Below, one piece after another: positions 1 to 11,076 of a stretch of DNA of 64,000 bases. Source of the DNA: Haliotis rubra (taxonomy: Eukaryota); NCBI RefSeq assembly GCF_003918875.1, contig NW_025767134.1, forward strand, positions 806,001-870,000. Reading direction: 5' to 3'. The notes below the pieces were generated by a model. The model searched no databases. It was given only the letters and a program-made list of their open reading frames with translations, and had not been told where the DNA came from. The translations under genes and the position numbers were made by a program. Numbering within the stretch: position 1 is the first letter of the stretch; each line of letters opens with the position of its first letter.

Positions 1-369
1 CGATGTCATAGCATTGTGACGTCATCAAGTACACGACGTCAAAGCATTGTCAGGGCATTGTACAAAATCTACTGTCAAAACGATATCTCCTAGGAGATAT
101 CGTTTGATCTCACACAAGCGATATCTCCTGTGGAACACAGTTTTGGATGATAAATCAGATTATTCCTTTTATGCACGTTATCAATATGTGATTATTGCTT
201 TCGTAGTAGAAGTGAATTTCAACGAAGGCTGGTCAAACATAATAAAACCTCATGAGACATGTCAACATGTTTGCTGCAGCCACACTCTATTATATCACGA
301 TCCATCATATCTATGACATTGGCATTCGCAAACATGTCAGTAAGCATTACATGTTTATTGCCATTTATA

Positions 370-1562
370 TACTCTCCCCAGAATGAAACGCATATAGGAA
401 TTTCAACTGTATTTTTATGTTTATTTTGAAACATCTTGTAGGCTTTATGAGTCAATGAAATATAGCGAAATTGCACACTGGGAATGCACACTTATCCGTC
501 TTTGACACCAACTCGAGGAAAGTTAGTTTGAGTGTCACATGGAGACTTGTGGTGGCGCTGAAGTCAATACCTCATGTGAAAACAGTGGGCATCCCCCAGA
601 ACTGCACGGCATTGCCTCGGCATCGAACGAATAAATCTCAGAATCTCGTGTTGCCCTATCGCAGCTCACTCTGTAGTGCCTGTGCGAGTTGCTGAAGTGT
701 CTGGGGCTGAGGGTTACGGCGTCGCACCCGTCTGTCCAGGGCATCCCACAGATGTTCGATCGGGTTTAAGTCCGGTGATCTTGAGGGCCAGGGAAGTCTC
801 TAGTGTGACGTGCTGTGTGGGGCCTGGCATTGTCCTGTTGAAACAACTCCCTCTAGCCATCAATGATTGGAAGGAGGTGTGGGCGTAGGATTTCGTCACA
901 GTACCGTTGAGCTGTCAGGTTGGCCTGAATCATCACCTCTCCATCATCAAATCACTTCTCCTAGGGCAGGTGATATCTGCCCACATCAAAACACTTTCCC
1001 GGCCGAATCTGTCCACCTGGGGATCCCAATCGTCGGCAAAACGTTCACGTCGACGTCTGTATAACCGCATTCTTCCATCGCGTCGTTCCAATAGAAATCG
1101 TGATTCATCACTGAACTAGATTCTACGCCAATTCGGTAGGTTCCAGGCCTGAACGTTGGTGCACCATTGAACTTGATGTCGACGATGTTGCACAGGGCCA
1201 AAATAAGGTCTTCTGGCACGTAAACCAACCTCTCTCAACCTGTTCCTGACGGTCTGTGCAGAAAGCCTCCTCAATCCGGGTATTTGTCGAGCGGTACTGG
1301 TCGCCGTAGCTGTTCGATGACTCAGGTGAGGTACCCGGATGTAGCGATCCCCCTAACTTTCACGTGCATTACATGTCAATTGTGTATTCTGTGACACTAC
1401 ACACCGAAATTGAAAATCATGCTGTTAAATACGGGCATTTTACGATGGTGCGTTTTATAGCAATTATAAACAGAGCAAACCCTTTTGTAAAATGAATCAT
1501 GTTTTAATTCATTGCTGCATGAAATTGCTATTTTCATGATGCGTTTCTTTTTGGGGAGAGTA
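370..1562 (-). mobile_element. Tc1/mariner DNA transposon, internally deleted
   Basis: 24-bp imperfect TIRs TACTCTCCCCAGAATGAAACGCAT (370-393) / ATGCGTTTCTTTTTGGGGAGAGTA (1539-1562), flanked by TA on both sides; transposase remnants inside. Confidence 0.92.
640..1350 (-). pseudogene. Tc1-family (DDE) transposase remnant
   Basis: Manual minus-strand translation gives SAQTVRNRLREVGLRARRP, FSDESRF, FQQDNARPH, WPSRSPDLNPIEHLWDAL. In-frame stops, an internal deletion and a missing N-terminus. Confidence 0.9.
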
Positions 1563-3202
1563 TATATTGATTTCATTAAGCCAGAATGTCCTTTAGCTCT
1601 ACTTACTGTGTGTCATATATACATGTTCGCAGTGAAACAGGTTATACCCAAACATACCAAACTGCTAAATTCTATAGTCAACACCACTAGCGTTATATTA
1701 AGGGTTACCGTTAAGGGTTATACGCTTATTGATAGCAACACACATATTCAAGAGGTATATGCAAGATANNNNNNNNNNNNNNNNNNNNNNNNNNNNNNNN
1801 NNNNNNNNNNNNNNNNNNNNNNNNNNNNNNNNNNNNNNNNNNNNNNNNNNNNNNNNNNNNNNNNNNNNNNNNNNNNNNNNNNNNNNNNNNNNNNNNNNNN
1901 NNNNNNNNNNNNNNNNNNNNNNNNNNNNNNNNNNNNNNNNNNNNNNNNNNNAGTTCAAAATTCGGATAAAGTAAAAAGTGAAGGTACAAATTATGTGGCA
2001 CGAGTGACAGGCTATCGTCTAAGAAAGGTACCAACCAAAGATTTCGATCTATCGATCACAACAAAGAAGACGACGACTCGATTCTGTCATGTATCAGAAA
2101 CTGATATTGATGAGGTGATGACCCGCAATGAAAAAAGAAACACTTCCCAGAAAACCCTGCCCGAATTTGTTGTTCTATTTAGACAGAAAGATCTTATTTT
2201 AGGCATGAGTTACGTTTGCACTGTATTAGAGACTAGTCACAACCATATGCCGTCGTCATGAACGACCTTCACCTTGGCGTACCGCTAAGTATTCTTACGC
2301 GAATGCTCGATTCTCTTCATATATAAATTCAAGTACGATTTGCTTACTTTTGTTTAGTAGTTTTAAGAATGACATTATATTATTAAGAGATTATTAACCT
2401 CGCGTGTTCCTGTATCATTAATATCATATTTTAGGAATAAAAAATATGTATTCCTAATATTTGATATTAATTATACGGAAACACACTCGGTTAACAACCT
2501 CTCTCTATATATATACACACAACACATATATCATCGATGCTTCTATACACATATGGCTTCACGCATACCGTAACGGATGCATATGTAACAGAAAAGAGGC
2601 ATGTATCTCACAAAAGATCTTTTTATTAGAAGACGAGAATATACCTTGTGAATATAGAGTGAGTGAGTGAGTGAGTTATTATTTAACGTCACATCGGCAA
2701 TATTTCAGCCATATCGTGACGAAAACACTTGACATTGAAATAGAATATATAGAGAGATTACTAAAACCTGCCTACGAAGGACATTAAAGGTACTAGATAA
2801 TCACAGATATCAATATAAAACTAGCGAACAAAGCTCAAATATTCCAATTAAAGAAGACAATACAATGTAAAAATGGGCTATAGATCGCCAACAACTGAAA
2901 GTAGATCACCATACTAAGGCCCATGGGGACTTACATTACTTTTGCTACCTGCATGGACCCTAGCTGGATTTACACCATCCCTTCAGCCATTGGCGTTGAT
3001 GCTGAGATTTAGCCATACATTAAAAACACAAAAATACTACGATTAAAAACCTGGTACACTTAAACTGACTAGAAATGATTTGGGACTTCCGGACCCTCGC
3101 AGGAGGACAATAATTTTACGCTACTTCAACCCCCTTTGAGAGTACAGCCACCAACAATCTCAGTTACTAATTCAAACTACCAATAGTAAAATATATATCT
3201 AT

Positions 3203-6200
3203 TTACAAATCACTTAACAAATCTATTTCTTTTAAAAATGCAATAATTAAATGAGCACTGACATTATTAAAAAGATCCTTCATAGTGTTTACTTTGAAAT
3301 AGTTATCCCTTGTGATGGAATATTCGATGCAGTCAAGCAAGACATGCTTGACCGTGATTCTTTCATCCAAAGGGATGCAAAACGGAGGATCTTCGCCTTT
3401 AAGCAAATATTCACGGGTATACCTTGTATGGCCTATACAACATCGCCGCATAATGACCTCATCAAATCTGGACTGACAACCCAAGTAAGTGTAACCAATA
3501 TATGGTTTTATTTCATGTAATTTATTAATACCCGCCTGGGTGTCCCACTTCTTTTGCATCAGATCGCGGATGTAAGTTCTAATGCTAGCTTTGTAATCAG
3601 AGCATGGAATAAGAAGTGGTGTCACAGATTTGTTGAGTGCTGCCTTGGCAGCAAGATCGGCCATTGTATTCCCAGAAATTCCAACGTGGCTGGGTAACCA
3701 ACAAAAGACGATGTCGCATTGGCCAGTAGCAAGTTCATTATATAATTCAATAATTTCTAATAAAAGTGGATGTTTGCAAGAGAGATTTTTAATAGCCTGA
3801 AGGCAAACAAGAGAGTCAGAAAAGATTATATATTGTTTCTGTTTTGGATGTCTTTGAATATATTTAAGAGCTGCTAAGATGGCGTTTGCTTCTGCTGTAA
3901 ATATAGAGCTGTTATCCGGTATTCTACAAGATATTGTTCTGGATCCAATGACAGTGGCACATGTCACTGCGCCACCGTCGTTGGACCCATCTGTAAATAA
4001 GGATTTATTTCTTAATTGACTAAATTCTTGTTTATACTGTAGTTCATTTGTTTCTGATTTTTTAAATGTAGTTAATGTTAGGTCAACTTGTGGCCTAGCC
4101 AATTGCCAAGGCGGAGAAGAAAGAAGACGGGAAGGAGATATATTTTCCAGCTCAAAGCCGGCAGCCGAAATGAATGGTTTAATTGTTAAACCAAGAGGCG
4201 GAACAAGAGAAGGCTTTTTGTTGTACAGATCCTCATAAAGAGGATTAAAAACACAGTTAAATGCAGGATTTGACTCATTGGAATATAGTTTTGTTACATA
4301 CTGCAAGGATAGTTTTATACGGCGTTGTGCAAGAGATGGCTCATCTGCCTCAACGTAGAGACTCTCAATAGGAGAAGTTCTGAATGATCCAAGACAAAGT
4401 CTCAGACCATGGTGGTGGACAGAATCTAATAATTTTAAGTTGCTTTTGCAGGCTCCACCATATACGATGGAGCCATAATCAAGCTTCGAGCGGACCAATG
4501 ATCTATACAGGTGTAGGAGGGTAGTTTGGTCCCCTCCCCACTTTGAATTAGAAACGACTTTCAATAAATCGATTGCCTTCAGGCATTTATTTTTAAGGGA
4601 TTTGATATGAGGAAGAAATGTTAAATGGGAGTAAAAAATCAGACCTAAGAACTTGGCCTCATTTACAACCTTGATGGGAGTGCCATTTAAAAACAGTTCT
4701 GGGTTTTTATGTGGTTTATATTTACGGCAGAAATGTATGCAATTAGTTTTTGCTTAGAAAATTTAAAGCCGTTTTCAAGACACCATGTATTTATTTTGTT
4801 TAGACACAATTGCAATTGCCGTTGCATATTTTTACCGCGACAAGAAATATTAAAATCATCCACAAAAAGTGATCCATCAATTGAAGCATTTAAAACCTTG
4901 GATAAACTGTTGATCTTAATACTAAACAATGTGACAGACAAAATACTGCCCTGTGGGACACCCTGATCCTGATTGTAACGGTCAGACAGGGTTGAACCCA
5001 CTCGGACTTGAAATTGCCTATTATTTAAGAAGCTGGATATAAATTGAGGCAAACGGCCTCGTAATCCAAAATCATGTAAATCTTTTAAAATCCCATGTTT
5101 CCATGTCATGTCGTATGCTTTTTCTAAATCGAAAAAGATTGACACAGCATGTTGTTTATTAATTATGGCATTCTTAACAAAAGATTCTAAACGTACTAAA
5201 TAATCGATAGTACTTCTGTTTTTACGGAAACCACATTGTATATCTGTTATTAGGTTATTGGTTTCCAAGTACCAAACAAGTCGATTATTTATCATGCGTT
5301 CCATGGTCTTGCAAACGCAGCTAGTTAGTGAAATGGGCCTATAATTGGAAGGATCAGTATGATCACGTCCAGGTTTAGGGATGGGAACAATTATAGCATC
5401 ACGCCACGACGAAGGAAAATTTCCAGACCTCCAAATATCATCAAAAATGGTTAAGAGGGTCTCTAAACTGGTAAACTGATTCTGGTAAGTGCTTCAGGAG
5501 TTGATAATGTACGTTATCAGCTCCTGTAGCAGTATCATGAGCCTGGTCAAGAGCAGTACGGTGCTCATGAATCGAAAATACTTCATTGTAATCTTCCCCA
5601 TTATCTGAAGTGAAATTGATAGTTTTCTTTTCTTTTTGTTTCTTATATTTTTGGAATAGAGGTACATAAGTCGATGAGGAAGAGTGTCTAGCCAAAGTTT
5701 CTCCAAGTTTATTTGCAATATCGGATTTACTAGTTAATAACTTGTCTCCGTCTTTAAGATGCCTAATGCTAGATTGAGAACCCTTGCCTTTGATTTTCTG
5801 GATCATGTTCCATACTTTGGTTATCGGCGTACGTGAATTGATTTGCGAGACATAGTTTCGCCAAGATTGACGTTTATTTTGTTTGAAGGTACGTCTTGCT
5901 TTTGCATTTAAGATTTTGAACTTGTTCAAATTATGGACCATAGGCTGGCGACGGAAATATTTCTCAGCTTTTTTCCGTGCCTTCCTAGCCTGTTTGCAGT
6001 CATCGTTGAACCATGGTTTTCGTATGTGTGGATTTGCAGAGGACTTTGGAATGGAGTCATCAGCTGTTTTGTTCAGTTCATCAGAAAAGAGTTTAACAGG
6101 GTCAGGAACTCCCATAAACAGTTCAGGTTTCAATTTGTTGGATGAAAGTGATTCAAACAGAAGCCAGTCAGCTTTAGTAAAGTTCCTTCTCGACAATGGA

Positions 6201-6874
6201 GGGATGTCAGAGGGACATATAGCTTTGAGAATGGTTCGAAAATGGTCACTTCCACACAGGTCGTCATGGACTGACCATTCAAACTCACTCAGCAGAGTAG
6301 AGTCAGTGATGGATAAGTCAAGTGAAGAGTATATTCCTGTACCAGGATGTAAATAAGTGTTGGAATTATCATTAAAGAGACAGATATTGTTGGTAGAAAT
6401 AAAATGTTCCAGTACGTTCCCTTTGCTGTTTGTATGTGCACCTCCCCACAGGGGGTTGTGTCCATTCAAATCACCCATGGTGATACAGGGCTTAGGAAGT
6501 TGGTCATACAGCGCCTGAAGATCGACAGGCTGCACAAAAGAAGAAGGAGGAAGATAGAGTGAGCACAATGTAAAAACAATGTGCATGGTTACACGGACAG
6601 CAACAGCTTGCAGATGGGTATTTAGAGGAACAGGACTGTGAAGTATGCCCTGTCTCACTAATACTGAAGACCTCCCAGTTGCTTTCGGCCCTGGATGAGA
6701 AAAGCAATGGTATGGAGTATACTGTCTTATATCAATTCGATCGTTTCCTTTAAAATACGTTTCTTGTAAACAAAATGCCGATGGCGTAAAATCTTGTATA
6801 AGTAAGTGTATATCATTAAAATTGTTCTTCAGTCCTCTACAATTCCACTGAATAATGGTATTGGAGCTGTTCAT
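3203..6874 (-). pseudogene. LINE ORF2: AP endonuclease - reverse transcriptase - RNase H, frameshifted
   Basis: QWNCRGL, LQET, GDLNGH, SDH (APE); FFDLEKAYD, GVPQGSILS, LFVDD (RT); FTDGS, IFTAE, FSDS, WLPSHVGISGN (RNase H). Split into three ORFs (5441-6874, 4687-5304, 3203-4564). Confidence 0.92.
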
Positions 6875-8042
6875 GGAGGCTTAACTGGAGATCGTGATTG
6901 GGAGGAGTGTTCACTCCCATTGATTGTTTGTAATGGAGTTATGAACCTCAACAGGTGTAACAACAGGAGTGGGTGTCTTCACGTAAGTGAGAGCCTTTTT
7001 TCTTTTTTCCAATTTCTTTTTCTCTTTTCTAGTTAACCTTGCATCACCCACAGGTGTACTTTCAATTGAGTCAGATGGTACATCAATGGTAGGATTGTCC
7101 GTTTGTGAAGTTGTTGATTGCAGACTACCTTCCTGAGATAGTGCAGTGGACTGCTGCAGTACAGTCTGGTCGTCCTTGACCCAGGAGATGTTGGTCTGAC
7201 ACGAAACAGAGACTGTCTTGCAAACCGGAGTGGAGGATGCAATTGCTGCGGAATATGTTTTGACATAAGTTTGAGCAGAAGATGGAACTAGTGTTTTGCT
7301 TCTTGGTAGGTGATGTTATTTGTATGTTTAATTTTTAGGATTTGGGCTTCAAATTCAAAAGATTCACTCAGAGCTATCATGGGCTCCACTGCAACGGTAG
7401 CATACTGCCATCTTGCTTCGGCAGAACTTGGCGCCATGCCCAAACTTTTGACACTTAAAACATCGGAGTGGATTTGGTACATAGACCTCCACCCCGATGT
7501 TGAAATATCCAACCTTTAGTGATTTGGGTAATGCAGGTTGAGAAAAAGTGAAAAGATAGGTGTATGTTTTAACAAAGGTACCATCTTGAGTTTTTTCTGG
7601 AAAAACATTTTACATTTGTAACTCCTTGAGCTTTTAAGTGAACAGCAATTTCCTCCTCGCTCATGTCAGAAAGACAGCGAGCAACATCTCTGACAATGCC
7701 TCTGCTCGTGTTCAGTGTCTTGTGCTCCGAAACAACAACAGGAGTATTAACAAACTGTTGTAAGCCCAACAGGTTGACTGATTGGTGTTTCCGTACACAT
7801 TCCACTAACAAGGCACCAGTCCGTAGTCGTGTGACATTCTTGACATCGCCACAGACACCTCTAATGCCCGCCGAGATAGCAAATGGATTAAGTTTTAATG
7901 GGCTTCCATCAACTGACGCAATTACGATGAATCGTGGCCAAGAATCTGAAATCTCTGGAGCGACCTCCTCATCAGACGAGAGCACATCTACATGTCTGCG
8001 TTTATTTGCTTTGGATGAACCAGGTGAATTGTATTGAGACAT
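6871..8042 (-). pseudogene. LINE ORF1 (gag-like, Zn knuckle), frameshifted
   Basis: WPRFIVI...LNPFAI...LLVEC...TLNTSRGIV, then PNPLRCFKCQKFGHG in a shifted frame. Its TGA overlaps the ORF2 ATG (ATGA at 6874-6871). Confidence 0.85.
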
Positions 8043-8621
8043 GGTACAGTATATGAATTCGACACCCCTGCTCCCCACCCACCATGGAGTGTCAACAAGG
8101 ACGGTGTCAATTTGCACTGGATCTCCAGGATGCTAACACCAGGGATACAGGGGTGCTATACTCCAGTACATATGACGTGAATAGCTAAATTCGTCTAATA
8201 GAGTAGATGTCAGGCTGGTCCGGCCCATAACAAAAATCTAAAGACACATAGAATTCAGCGGTCAACATCACCAGATTGGTCCATGAGCCACCGCCGTCTG
8301 GCATAGGACTCTAGGCAATTTAATATGATCAATATTTTTTACACAATAAATCAAAATATCCTAGACCCAATGATAATTTAAATGTGCATAATCGCCATGC
8401 GCAGGGCTTGGCGTGACCAGCCGATTGATAGAACCGGGCCAGTTCTACCACCCGTCTAGGTGAAGTAAGGGCCAAAGTGGTGAGTTGGGCAAAAGGAACA
8501 CGGTTCCAGGATCCTATTGCCCTCAACCACCAGAATCCCGTCCTCCACCGACACCGGGGCGCAACCCACGGAAAACAGGTTGGTGGACCAAATATACCCC
8601 CGGGTGCACAACGGGGGGGTC

Positions 8622-8673
8622 GAAGAGCGCTTAGCGTTACCCAGCACCCACCACGAGGCTCTTCACGGGTGCC
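8622..8673 (-). ncRNA. Putative HDV-like self-cleaving ribozyme at the LINE 5' end (possibly damaged)
   Basis: Minus strand GGCACCC GT GAAGAG CCTCGT GGT GGGTGCT GG GTAAC GCTAA GCGCTCTTC: 7-bp P1 with first G.U wobble, P2 GAAGAG(C)/(G)CTCTTC, L3-like CCTCGT, GG for P1.1, J4/2 GCTAA. The predicted cleavage site falls at the element boundary. Confidence 0.65.
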
Positions 8674-9045
8674 TTGTGAATATAGATCATCCTTTTATTC
8701 AAGTCGTATTGTTTCGGTATTATATAACCATATCTAAACCGACAGTGTCAATATTGTTCTAAATAGACATTACGGGAGTGTGGACATGGGGTTGATGTGG
8801 GTACGTGAATAGTACCCAGATATTATTATCACCAGGTGTATCAACAGATGATCGCATGACGGTGTAAATATGACATCACACTTCAACAGCAAAGTTAACC
8901 ACATTGAATAATGAATAAATGGCTTTTGATTTGTTAAATAAAAATATGTGTGACTATGAAGGGTACAGCTGAACATTGACATTAATGCAGTTTAATGCTG
9001 CTTTTGACAATATTCCAGCAATAGTTTGGTTCACAAGACATGGCT

Positions 9046-9651
9046 TAGTAGTAGTAGTAGTAGTAGAAGAAGTAGTAGTAGTAGTAGTAGTGGCAGTAGT
9101 AGTAGTAGTAGTAGTGGTAGTGGTAGTGGTAGTGGTAGTAGTAGTAGAAGTAGTAGTAGCAGTAGTAGTAGTAGTAGTAGCAGTAGTACTAGTGGCAGTA
9201 GCAGCAGTAGTGGCAGTAGTAGCATCGGCAGCAGTGGCAGTAGCAGCAGCAGCAGTAGCAGCAGTAGTGGTAGTGGTAGTAGCAGTAGTGGTAGCAGTAG
9301 TAGCAGTAGCAGTAGTAGTAGCAGTAGTAGTAGCAGTAGCAGTGGTGGTAGTGGCAGTAGCAGTAGCAGCAGCAGTAGCAGCGGTAGTGGCAGTAGCAGC
9401 AGTGGCAGTGGCAGTGAGTGCAGCAGCNNNNNNNNNNNNNNNNNNNNNNNNNNNNNNNNNNNNNNNNNNNNNNNNNNNNNNNNNNNNNNNNNNNNNNNNN
9501 NNNNNNNNNNNNNNNNNNNNNNNNNNNNNNNNNNNNNNNNNNNNNNNNNNNNNNNNNNNNNNNNNNNNNNNNNNNNNNNNNNNNNNNNNNNNNNNNNNNN
9601 NNNNNNNNNNNNNNNNNNNNNNNNNNNNNNNNNNNNNNNNAGTAGTAGTAG
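9046..9651. repeat. (GTA/GCA/GTG)n trinucleotide microsatellite spanning an N gap
   Basis: Direct reading; explains the poly-V/S/L/C-Y ORFs. Confidence 0.97.
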
Positions 9652-11076
9652 TTCTTGTTGGGTGTTGGTGGTGTAGTGGTAGTAGCAGTGGTTGTTGTAG
9701 TGCAAACTTGGCACTGAATTTGTAACTGACATGTAAACCCTTTCAAATTCATGCAAATATTTCCTGTTATAGCATTTATATCAAGTTTCGTATGGGTATA
9801 CCTCTCTCGCTGAAACACAAGGGGCGTTGATCAATAATAGCTATGTGACACCACATGGTACTTCCAGCAGCTGTATACGAAGGGAGACAACCCCGCTGCA
9901 CTGGGAAACTGTAAAACTCTTTGGTACACCAGATATATTTTACACAAAACTCATATGAGTTTTAGACTTCACTGTTCACAGACATTTTGGTTACACTGCA
10001 CTGTCGATAGTGCCATGAATACAGTACAACTCTTTCTACTGGCCCGCTTAACTTCCATAGTTCACAAGCATAATTTTATTTTATACATTCAATACACTTC
10101 CAGACAACTATCCAAGTAAGCCAACCTTAGAAGACTTTGGGCTACACACCCGTCGCTGGGTGATTTACATATTTTGCAGTAATTTGCGTAAATCATAAAC
10201 TATTCAAAATAAGAAACTTAGTCGACATTGGACTTGTGAAAGTTAGCGCACCACACTCCTCTCTGGGCAGATCACACTGATGACTGTTTGACTGACGTGG
10301 ACGTGTGCATGGTTTTCTTCTGAATACATATAAAGCATTTGTTATCAACATCTGAACAATTACACAGGTGTATTAATCGAGCCGATTGAAAAATGCCATA
10401 GGATAATGAGCAGGTTTCAACCGACAAATTTCATCAGAAAACTATGGAAACTACTTATCAAACTTTTATTTGTTGCTCAAAATGCGTTTAAATATTAAAC
10501 GTTGTATCAATGATAAGTGTCAAATATACAAGGAACAATAAACACAAGTAGGGTCTGTGTAATTTATTTAGCTTGAAGCAAAGTGTTAAATGCTGGCATA
10601 CACAATTATTACAGATATCAAGAAACATATAAACAGAGTACAGATGTGCTCTGATGCATGTGGTTTTCCTGTATGTACAATGAGTCGTGATTAATGAGTA
10701 TGACAATAAAGCCTTTCCCCATTCATAAGAAATGTCTGTCAAAATCAGAGCAGACTGAACGATCCCGACTATATCATGAGTTTTATGAACCAATATCAAA
10801 TAGAGAGGATGCCACGTGATTCCTTCACGGTGAGCGTAACTTGCCCCCCAACACAGAGATAGGTAACGTGGCGTCATAAACGCATGCAAAGGCAAGTCAA
10901 GAAAGCTTTTTGTAAATTTGATTAAGCTCATTAGCTATGGCCGTATTGGACGATAATACTTTCTCATGGCTTTAGTCACTGGTTTGTCCACTACACGTTT
11001 GTTTGAAGACCATCGCGGTCAGTATATATTGCTGATTGTGACTAAAATCGATATTCCCTTACTAACGTTTATCATG

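Larger units (their letters stand above)
2659..8671 (-). mobile_element. Full-length I-group (Nimb/Ingi-like) non-LTR retrotransposon with RNase H
   Basis: 15-bp TSD CCTTGTGAATATAGA at 2644-2658 and 8672-8686; ORF1 plus APE-RT-RNase H ORF2; 3' tail of (ACTC)n repeats. Confidence 0.93.

Noticed and set aside
1952-2261. ORF segment RFCHVSETDIDEVMTRNEKRNTSQKT resembling the N-terminus of Crypton/tyrosine-recombinase elements
   Set aside because: Too short, adjacent to a gap, no catalytic motifs; cannot be supported without a search.
8976-9818. Long poly-Val/Ser/Leu/Cys ORFs
   Set aside because: Translations of a trinucleotide microsatellite and an N gap.
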